Positions 9,349 to 16,996 of a stretch of 36,698 nucleotides of DNA are shown piece by piece. Source of the DNA: Candidatus Heimdallarchaeota archaeon. GTDB taxonomy: Archaea > Asgardarchaeota > Heimdallarchaeia > Hodarchaeales > Hodarchaeaceae. How positions within the stretch are numbered: position 1 is the first letter of the stretch; each line of letters starts with the position of its first letter. The notes beneath the pieces are model-generated. The model was not told the origin of the DNA and made no database searches. It was given only the letters and a program-made list of their open reading frames with translations. The translations under genes were made by a program, and so were the position numbers. The stretch spans positions 1 to 36,698 of the forward strand of contig JBHLSH010000036.1 in the NCBI GenBank assembly GCA_048881705.1. Reading direction: 5' to 3'.

Positions 9349-10095
9349 TTACTCAATAATTTTCGAACTAACACGAAAATCGGATCGTTTCCAATAATAA
9401 TCCCATAACTGGGAAAGAAAATCAATACCAAGAGGATCAGAGACAAAAAATGCATAGTTATAATCGATTTTCTTATTTATTCCAGGAAAAAAGATGAATC
9501 CAGTCTTCTCATCTGCAATCCCAAATCCATATGAGATGATAGGGAGCGTGCGAAATTCAAAATATTTAGCTTGCTTTTTCAAGGCCTCTAAGCTCAGATT
9601 TTCATCTTTAGCATATACAGGAACAATAAAATATATATTATCGAGTGGATTAGAATCGTTCCCTGGAAAAGGTTGATCGATCGCTATTTTTATCTCCTTT
9701 TTTACTGTTTGTTGGATTTCCTGCATTTTTGAAAAGATGTAACCAGTGCCAATCAATAATTCGCTCTTCATGAGCGAATCCAAGTTCCGAATGATAAAAG
9801 CTGGGAGATCGAAGATCTGGTGAACCATAAAGAACTCGTAATGCTTCACGATAAATTCTAGAGGCGACAGGATAGACATGATTGTTTCTCCCAAATTCGT
9901 GATTTGATGAGTTTTATCCCCTCTTTCCACCAAGGCATAATCCCTTAGTCGTGCTAAATGACGGGATATTTCTGGTTTTGAAAGCTCCAGGCTTTTTGCT
10001 AAGGATGATAATGTTTCCGGACCCTCAATAAGAAGATTCAGCAGTCTTACTCGGGTTGGATGAATTAGATCGGCCATTGTTACCATAATTATCAT
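9349..10095 (-). CDS. ArsR-type HTH regulator with DUF1724/FilR1-like sensor domain
   Basis: HPTRVRLLNLL...LSKPEISRHLARLRDYALVE...HQITNLG wHTH, followed by a PLD-like archaeal regulator C-terminus (FLSQLWDYYWKRS). Confidence 0.82.
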   Translation of the reverse strand: MIIMVTMADLIHPTRVRLLNLLIEGPETLSSLAKSLELSKPEISRHLARLRDYALVERGDKTHQITNLGETIMSILSPLEFIVKHYEFFMVHQIFDLPAFIIRNLDSLMKSELLIGTGYIFSKMQEIQQTVKKEIKIAIDQPFPGNDSNPLDNIYFIVPVYAKDENLSLEALKKQAKYFEFRTLPIISYGFGIADEKTGFIFFPGINKKIDYNYAFFVSDPLGIDFLSQLWDYYWKRSDFRVSSKIIE

Positions 10096-10202
10096 GTCCC
10101 GTTCTTATATGGCATTTTTCTCTAATATGTTTCATCTTGAGGATTCTATTCGATAAATTCCTTAATAACAAAATAAATCCTCGTTCAGATGATTTTATTC
10201 AT

Positions 10203-11327
10203 TTAAACGACTCGCTCACCTTTGTTGATTCTAGCTTCATAGGTCTTTAACAATCCCGCGGGGCCAGCCAGCATCATGCTACCAAGAGGATGAACCCATG
10301 AAATAGCATTTTTGAACCGAGAATCCTGCAGAAGGGATCTATTTGGACCAATAGCCACGATTTGCTTTGCGGCTGACTCAGGGATTTTTGATATTCTTTG
10401 ATAATACCCGTGTCCACCATGTTCTAGGACGAACTTCTGATTTAATCGAGTTTCGAATAATTTTTCTAGGTATTCGTCCAGTTCCGTAGGATCAGATCGA
10501 AACTGCCCAGTATGGTGTTCCCATATCGCAAGAACCTCCCAGGTTTCATTTAGAATCATTGCAAGAGTATGTCCATTACCAATATTAATGATCGTTTTAA
10601 CTCCTGACGGGATTATGGGATCCAGCATGGTTCCTAATATAACCGCGGGTGAGGAATCCATTACGAAGATCTGGGATTCAGGAAAATACTGCCGAGTACG
10701 TTCGACATTGGCCTGAAATCGCCATGCGAATTTAGGAATTTCGTTTTGATGAAACATCAAAGACTCTAAATAGGGATTGATTTCAAGATACCGTTGGTAC
10801 ATCTCCTGTATTCGGAATTGCCGTACTGAAATGGATTCAGGACCAGGATAGCCGTGTTCTTGACATGCAATGAGTACAATATCTGTGGTCTCAAAGATGT
10901 TTATATCTAATCCGCGAAAAAACTGATCTATCCAAGCAAAGTCGATGTCATAAGTTTCAAACAATTTCCCTTTTTGATCTATTCTGGGAAGCGGATCCTG
11001 TACTATAACACCGCGGGAAGTTACCTGGTCAAGCTTGTATCGGAGGGATTTGGCAGATTTTGAAGTCATGATGACTTTTCGATTCGAGTTTTGGGCTATT
11101 TTATAAAGAGGAATGTGCCATGGCTCCCCTCCCATTATTGTACCATGAAAATAGAGATTTGTCAACCTTGGAAGCTGGATATCTAGCTGTTTTCTGAGAA
11201 GATTTGCTCGTGAGGGTCGAATGACATGTATTCCGTTCTCAAGATTTTGATCGGGTTCAAAAAGGTAAATATCTTCCGTCCCCTTACCCACATCAATTGC
11301 TAAAATTTTTTCATGTAAATTCAACAT
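10203..11327 (-). CDS. DUF1786-family protein (actin-like/ASKHA fold)
   Basis: ILAIDVGKGTED, GTIMGGEPW, QEHG, INIGNGHT, WEHHT, HGGHG and GSMMLAGPAGL motifs. Start at ATG 11327 preferred over the track's 11417, but uncertain. Confidence 0.8.
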   Translation of the reverse strand: MLNLHEKILAIDVGKGTEDIYLFEPDQNLENGIHVIRPSRANLLRKQLDIQLPRLTNLYFHGTIMGGEPWHIPLYKIAQNSNRKVIMTSKSAKSLRYKLDQVTSRGVIVQDPLPRIDQKGKLFETYDIDFAWIDQFFRGLDINIFETTDIVLIACQEHGYPGPESISVRQFRIQEMYQRYLEINPYLESLMFHQNEIPKFAWRFQANVERTRQYFPESQIFVMDSSPAVILGTMLDPIIPSGVKTIINIGNGHTLAMILNETWEVLAIWEHHTGQFRSDPTELDEYLEKLFETRLNQKFVLEHGGHGYYQRISKIPESAAKQIVAIGPNRSLLQDSRFKNAISWVHPLGSMMLAGPAGLLKTYEARINKGERVV

Positions 11328-11622
11328 TTCTACGTCATTAACATCATTATTTGAGTCGCTACTTATTTTTATTGGAGTTCCAACCGAAATATACACGTTA
11401 TTCCGCATAGACGACAAATACGATAAGATTCACGGTGAACTTAAATATATCGAAAGGAATTCGGGTTTAGTCTTCTTAAATTAGGAATCCTTAATTCACA
11501 GCATAATACTTTTGTTGTGATATTTCATTGGGGACTCGTATGTAATAACAACTGTAATTCCCTCAGAGGATGCCTAACCGAAGTCAACTAGCCTAACCAA
11601 TCGTTTTAGAGAAGGAAAAAAA

Positions 11623-12273
11623 ATGTCAGAAACCAGTTGGATACCGCTGGATCATAACCTTTTGCTCCTGATACTATCTAGCCTGTTAATCGTTGGTGTC
11701 CTAGTAGCAGCGGTCCGAAATTCCTGGAAACCGAAGGAGATTATAGTCGTTCTAGTGCCAGCCGCTTTACTAGGCGGAATATTGCTGGGTGGGACGATGG
11801 GACTTACCCCGAATCTCCTATTAAGTGATCTGGGAACAGAAATACCAGAGGAACCAATAGATTACGTCATACATGTTGAAGCGCAGCTCAAACCGTGGAC
11901 CTTTAACATAACACGCATTGAAAATGCCACTACCGCGGAATCCATTCCAGTAAACGTATCTAAGTACATAACTATTCCTGAAGGGGTGGGTTATCCAGAG
12001 ACGGTAGCATATGCCAATATCGACCTTAAGGTTGGTACCGTATACCAAATTATAATCAAGGCACTTGACACAGATCACGGTTTTGAAATCGTCCCAACCT
12101 TCCAAGATTACTTTGGAAATCCTGTCACATTGAATCTACCACAGCTTAAAGAGATCTCATTCTACGCAAAACCCACGGTTGATCAAATCGGCAACCATCT
12201 CTTCTCTTGCAACTTTTACTGTGGACTTGGGCATGGGCAGATGAACGGATTTGTTACAGTGACAACAGCATAA
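11623..12273 (+). CDS. Membrane-anchored CuA cupredoxin (cytochrome c oxidase subunit II-like)
   Basis: Two N-terminal TM helices; DTDHGF and CNFYCGLGHGQM give the full H...C-x3-C-x3-H-x2-M CuA ligand set. Confidence 0.88.
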   Translation: MSETSWIPLDHNLLLLILSSLLIVGVLVAAVRNSWKPKEIIVVLVPAALLGGILLGGTMGLTPNLLLSDLGTEIPEEPIDYVIHVEAQLKPWTFNITRIENATTAESIPVNVSKYITIPEGVGYPETVAYANIDLKVGTVYQIIIKALDTDHGFEIVPTFQDYFGNPVTLNLPQLKEISFYAKPTVDQIGNHLFSCNFYCGLGHGQMNGFVTVTTA

Positions 12274-12289
12274 TAAAGGTGAAAAATTT

Positions 12290-14539
12290 ATGCAAAAAGA
12301 AGTAACATCAGAAGACGCTACCTTTCCTCAACTAAGAGGCAAATACTCAAAGAATTTCTCGCTCCTAATCTTCGTCATTGCATTAGTATGGGTATCGTAT
12401 CTGAGTTTGTACATGTTAAAAGACAGTATTTCATTCTTTGGATTCGATCTCATTGGACTGCTTGGCAGAGATCTTGGTGGCCTAATAGCCAATACGCTCA
12501 TTCCAACGCTCATCCTACCCACTCTTCTTGCGGGTTTGACTTTGTTTCTCCTGTACCGCTCGCCTGATGATAAGGAAATGTTGGAAAAACGTCGATTTGG
12601 TGGGTACTGGAAGTTTTCATTGACCGATAATCGGTTTGGAAACTGGCTAATCAAGCGTCGTTGGTTTCAATGGGTGTTAGAGTTTCCTAATGCTGTATTC
12701 TTTGTCCTAGTAATGATCTTCGGCATTTACGGGTACGGTGGTTACATTTATGCAAAAGATTCGGCGCTGATCAATGGTGCAACATTTCTAACCTGGAACC
12801 TCTGGTGGCCGGGCATGATCATAACCTTCATGTTTCTTGGCCGCGTGTGGTGTACGGTATGTCCACTCGGTTGTATTGGAGAATGGGCTCATAGAACCCA
12901 CCTGCCGGAATCGGTTTCAACCTCCGGCCGAATCATCCGTTTTGCAATGGCCTTCTTCCTAGGAGTAGGAAGCGCATTGATCGTCGGGATTACGATTGGA
13001 TTGTTTGGAGGATTTACAGCCGAGGAATTAATGGGAACTGGAGCCATAAGTACAGATCTAGTTCAAGGAATCTTTGACTATCTTATCTTTTTAGCATCTG
13101 TCCCCGTGGTCATGTTATCACGCGTTTTTACAACAATAGTTGCGGGTTCAGGGATAATCGATACCATAGTCGGAATCTTTTGGCTCTTAGCAATTGTCTT
13201 CGGACTCTATGTTGGAGCTTACTTCGGTTACGCCATCCCCGAGTTTACCCAAGCAATGGTCATTGGGAAACCATTAAAAGGAGATGTGGATCCAAAAAGG
13301 AAATATCCCAAGAGACTAACATCCATGTGGATCACAACAGGCCTTTTTGCAGGCATCATGATGTTTGATTTCATTGTAGGCATGTTTGTTAATCCACTCT
13401 TCACCGCTCTCTTTATAGTCATTCTTATAGGCCTTTCAATTATTCTAGGACTATTCTACGAACGTCGGGCGTTCTGCATGTACGTCTGCCCATTAGGAGG
13501 ATTAATTGGAACTTATGGAATGGCAGGAACCATTGAAGTCCGCAACAAGGATTTGGATGTATGTAAGCTGTGTACGGGGAAATATTGTCTTCGTGGACGT
13601 ACTGAGACTGAAGTTCTTGATCGAAAGGGAAAATTGACAGTTCCAACATGGGATAGCGGATACGCATGTCCAATGGAACAATTTCCTATGATTATGGATC
13701 GAAATTTAGGATGTATTATGTGTACCGAATGCTTTAAGAGCTGCCCGTATGACAATATTACGTTAAACATACGTGCACCATTTGTAGACACGTACAATCC
13801 TAAAAAACGACGATTTGATCAATCTGGGCTGGCAGCAGTGCTTGTAGGCTTAACTTTAGCGGTAATCATGCCAAGCATCCCTTTCGTTCGTACCACCTTA
13901 GACTCGTCAATCGCTGGGCTTACCGGAATATTTGGCGATGCATTCATTGCACAGGTTATCACAACCTTCGCCTGGTTCTTAACAGCGGCATTTCTATTAC
14001 CTATCGGTCTGTTCTTTCTAGTTTTGCTGTTTACTAGAAACTATGTGAAAGACGAGAAAAAGAAAAATGTCCAAGATCTATTCAACTTATTTAGCTATTC
14101 AGTAATTCCAGTCGGCCTCTCACTCCACTTCGCATTTTGGGTTGTAAGGATCTTCGAACATACTCCCGCAGTTCTTAGTATCTTAGCAGATCCATTTGGC
14201 GGATACTTCATGAATAACGCCATCTATAATGGAAGCACGCTGGCCCTTGACAATCCTATTGTCTTCCCGATCGCTCTAGCTTACCTGCTAAATCCATTGT
14301 ACTTGATGGGGTTCCACAACATAGAACTAGGATCCCTGATACCAGCGGAGGCGGGTTTTGCTATCCGTTTGATCTCAGTTCTTGGTGGAATGGCTGCTTC
14401 GATTTTCGCAACGCACCGAACCCTCGTATTGAACTTGGAACACGATGAAAAGGATCGTCTTAAGATATTGATCCCAGTAGTGATCTGGATTGTTCTTTTC
14501 ACGTTCTTGGGACTCTATGCATTATCGAGCCAGGTTTAA
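12290..14539 (+). CDS. Polytopic membrane 4Fe-4S protein (NapH/NosR/CcoG/FtrD superfamily)
   Basis: GRVWCTVCPLG, RRAFCMYVCPLGG, CKLCTGKYC, ACPM and CIMCTECFKSCP motifs, plus many TM helices; SD AGGTGA. Confidence 0.9.
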   Translation: MQKEVTSEDATFPQLRGKYSKNFSLLIFVIALVWVSYLSLYMLKDSISFFGFDLIGLLGRDLGGLIANTLIPTLILPTLLAGLTLFLLYRSPDDKEMLEKRRFGGYWKFSLTDNRFGNWLIKRRWFQWVLEFPNAVFFVLVMIFGIYGYGGYIYAKDSALINGATFLTWNLWWPGMIITFMFLGRVWCTVCPLGCIGEWAHRTHLPESVSTSGRIIRFAMAFFLGVGSALIVGITIGLFGGFTAEELMGTGAISTDLVQGIFDYLIFLASVPVVMLSRVFTTIVAGSGIIDTIVGIFWLLAIVFGLYVGAYFGYAIPEFTQAMVIGKPLKGDVDPKRKYPKRLTSMWITTGLFAGIMMFDFIVGMFVNPLFTALFIVILIGLSIILGLFYERRAFCMYVCPLGGLIGTYGMAGTIEVRNKDLDVCKLCTGKYCLRGRTETEVLDRKGKLTVPTWDSGYACPMEQFPMIMDRNLGCIMCTECFKSCPYDNITLNIRAPFVDTYNPKKRRFDQSGLAAVLVGLTLAVIMPSIPFVRTTLDSSIAGLTGIFGDAFIAQVITTFAWFLTAAFLLPIGLFFLVLLFTRNYVKDEKKKNVQDLFNLFSYSVIPVGLSLHFAFWVVRIFEHTPAVLSILADPFGGYFMNNAIYNGSTLALDNPIVFPIALAYLLNPLYLMGFHNIELGSLIPAEAGFAIRLISVLGGMAASIFATHRTLVLNLEHDEKDRLKILIPVVIWIVLFTFLGLYALSSQV

Positions 14540-14552
14540 TCCCAAATTCCCC

Positions 14553-14573
14553 TTTTTTTCTTTTTTTTTATTT
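14553..14573 (+). terminator. Oligo-T archaeal-type terminator
   Basis: T7-C-T9-A-T3 starting 14 nt after the stop at 14539. Confidence 0.7.
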
Positions 14574-14761
14574 GTTGAATCCATTGGCTATACCAATAGC
14601 CCTTAAACTCTTCTTACCACACTAGATATAGTAAATCTTTTCTCTTTTCTTCCTGGACATAAAGAGAGGTTACTTGGAGAGGGGATTTGTTAGTAAAGTG
14701 AGGATCGGTTTTCGAAAAACGGATCGGATTAGCCACCAGAAGAATTTTCTTGTGAAAAAAA

Positions 14762-14781
14762 AAAAGAAACCAATTTATAAA
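14762..14781 (+). promoter_or_regulatory. Candidate BRE/TATA promoter for the blue copper gene
   Basis: TTTATAAA (14774-14781) preceded by a purine-rich tract, about 77 nt upstream of ATG 14858. Confidence 0.35.
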
Positions 14782-14857
14782 GAAAAAGAAGAAACGGACG
14801 CCGACTTCTACGACTGTAGATAGCAAAGAGTCTACCTATAAAAGGGATTGATATATT

Positions 14858-15430
14858 ATGAAAAAACAAGGAGTTATTTTATTGGCCTTATTTACGGGGA
14901 TAATGTTCTTATCTATAATCGTTCCCCTAAATCTCTCGGCTACAACAAATACCCCCACTCAAGGGACGACACTCACAGTTACGGCCCTTACTGGTACTCA
15001 GTATGATAAGAAGGCCATAGACGTACAGAAGAACACACAATACACAATTATATTCTGGAACAATGAATCAGGTGTATGGCATAATTTCATAGCGGCGGCA
15101 GACGAGCGGATAGTAACCTCAGCGACTGCATCTGACACCCCAAAGTCTGGAGATCTGGTACTCGGACCTCTCCCCACTGAAGCCAATGCAGGCAACTCTG
15201 GCGGGACAAATGCAAGTGTATGGACTGGAAATTTCACAACTCCAGATAAGGACACCTATGTCATGTTTTACTGCTCGTTTTCAGGACATTTCGACGCAGG
15301 GATGTGGGGTTATTTCAAAGTGGGTAGCCCGACCGGGAATCCTCCTGGTACTCCGGCGCCAGGGTTCGAGCTGGTGATTGGTCTTTTGATCATTGCTAGT
15401 TTAGCCCTAGTTCAGAAAAAGAAAAGGTAA
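14858..15430 (+). CDS. Secreted type-1 blue copper protein with PGF-CTERM anchor
   Basis: Signal peptide; WHNF His plus FYCSFSGHFDAGM (C-x4-H-x4-M, rusticyanin/sulfocyanin-like loop); C-terminal APGF, TM helix and QKKKR. Confidence 0.88.
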   Translation: MKKQGVILLALFTGIMFLSIIVPLNLSATTNTPTQGTTLTVTALTGTQYDKKAIDVQKNTQYTIIFWNNESGVWHNFIAAADERIVTSATASDTPKSGDLVLGPLPTEANAGNSGGTNASVWTGNFTTPDKDTYVMFYCSFSGHFDAGMWGYFKVGSPTGNPPGTPAPGFELVIGLLIIASLALVQKKKR

Positions 15431-15518
15431 TTTGCTTTAAGAATGCACGGTCACGTTTAGTGATCCTACTTCCCTCTTTTTTCTAATTTCTGAATAAATC
15501 GGGTATGGAGACTGAATC

Positions 15519-15881
15519 TTAAGACAACTTTATCCCGTTGGGCACAGGCCGATCAGGAGAAATCAAAATTACTTCGTTATTTTCCGACACCAGACCTAGG
15601 ACAAGTACTTCCGATCTAAAATTGGCAATCTGCTTCTTAGGAAAGTTTACCACAGCTAAAACCTGGCGATCGATCAAGTCCCGTTTTGAGTACAACCGAG
15701 TAATCTGGGCACTTGATTTCTTGATACCCAACGGACCGAAGTCGATGAATAGTTTAAAGGCAGGAATTCTGGCTTCGGGAAAATCCTGAACACTCTTTAT
15801 AGTGCCTACCCGAATGTCGACTTTTTGAAAATCATCCCAAGATATTAAGGGGTTTTTTTCCCGTTCTGAGTTTTCAACCAA
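15519..15881 (-). CDS. csaA: CsaA-type tRNA-binding OB-fold chaperone
   Basis: DFQKVDIRVGTI, FPEARIPAFKLFIDFGPLGIKKSSAQIT, VVNFPKKQIANFRSEVLVLG. Confidence 0.95.
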   Translation of the reverse strand: MVENSEREKNPLISWDDFQKVDIRVGTIKSVQDFPEARIPAFKLFIDFGPLGIKKSSAQITRLYSKRDLIDRQVLAVVNFPKKQIANFRSEVLVLGLVSENNEVILISPDRPVPNGIKLS

Positions 15882-16001
15882 TTCTGATTCCCACTATTAG
15901 GGCAGTCTCAATGCTCATCATTATTTAGCTTTCTGAAATGATGGGAGAAACGAATCGCAAATATCATAAATAAGAATGTTTCTGTCTTACAGGGATTAAG
16001 A

Positions 16002-16913
16002 TTGCTCGAGCTCCATCCAACTTCCCAAAAAAATGTTTACTCCGTTCCATTCCTTGCTGATTCTCTCGATTCATTCGTTTTATGGTTCTTCACAGGTAGT
16101 AGATGTAATTTGAGCTGCCATCACTGCTATGTTGAATCAAGTCCTACCGCAAATCGATATCCCTATCTCAGATATACTACTTTTAAACGAGCATTGAACA
16201 ACACGTTATCTCGTAATTATTCCCGTCTGGAAATCTATTTCACTGGAGGAGAACCATTTATTAATCCAGAAATCGATTCCATGCTCGCTGAATCCCTGTT
16301 ACATGCTGATACAACCGTTTTGACAAATGCAACCCGAATTACAAAAAAAAGGGCCGCTTACCTCCGAAAAATCCAAGATGCTGGAAAGTTCGAGCTTACG
16401 TTTAGAGTTTCATTTGATGGTCCTGACGAACAATCGAACGATTTTATTAGAGGCAAAAACTCCTATATAAAGGCAAACGCTGGTCTCAAGAACTTAGTCG
16501 AAGTTGGGTTTAATCCTATCATAACTGCAATGAGAAGCTGGTCCAGTGAGGAATTAGAGCAGGTTAAAGCAGATTTTCAGGCAATGCTAGAAGAAAGTGG
16601 GATCCCTCACACAAAACAACGTCTAAAGATTCTACCACCATTGCGGATAGGTCGAGAAGCCGACCGGAGTAGACCCTATACCCAGCAAGAACTATTCACA
16701 AAGGAATGCTTTGTAGATTACGATTATTCGAACTTACAATGTAGTACATGCCGTATGGTGACAGAAAAGGGAATTTGGGTATGCCCGATCTTAATCAATG
16801 AAGATGGGGCTCGTATGGGAGATACTCTCGAAGAAGCAGCAACCGCTTTTCCAATGAGATATATGGCCTGTTGGACTTGTAGAATGGAAGGCATGAACTG
16901 TACTAATTCTTAA
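16002..16913 (+). CDS. Radical SAM protein, ArsS (TIGR04167)-like, with Cys-rich C-terminus
   Basis: CNLSCHHC, TGGEP and VSFDG motifs. C-terminal C..CxxC..C..CWTC-x6-C. The N-terminal GSRCNLSCHHCYVESSP resembles ArsS as I recall it. The subfamily is less certain than the superfamily. Confidence 0.85.
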   Translation: MLELHPTSQKNVYSVPFLADSLDSFVLWFFTGSRCNLSCHHCYVESSPTANRYPYLRYTTFKRALNNTLSRNYSRLEIYFTGGEPFINPEIDSMLAESLLHADTTVLTNATRITKKRAAYLRKIQDAGKFELTFRVSFDGPDEQSNDFIRGKNSYIKANAGLKNLVEVGFNPIITAMRSWSSEELEQVKADFQAMLEESGIPHTKQRLKILPPLRIGREADRSRPYTQQELFTKECFVDYDYSNLQCSTCRMVTEKGIWVCPILINEDGARMGDTLEEAATAFPMRYMACWTCRMEGMNCTNS

Positions 16914-16996
16914 TGGGTCTTATTTACGATAAAAGCACCGCAATGCTTTTAATTGAAAAAAAAGGGTAGTGGAGCCTAAAAAAAGGACAACGTGAT

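Noticed and set aside
11623-12273. Calling this coxB of a cytochrome c oxidase operon
   Set aside because: No subunit I, subunit III or heme-maturation genes are adjacent, and the CxExC Glu is absent.
14804-14821. CTTCTACGACTGTAGAT resembles the Cas12a repeat stem (TCTAC...GTAGA)
   Set aside because: Single copy, no spacers or array, and no cas genes in the window.
16002-16913. Selenoprotein form of the ArsS-like enzyme
   Set aside because: The ORF has no internal TGA and ends at TAA directly after the last Cys motif.
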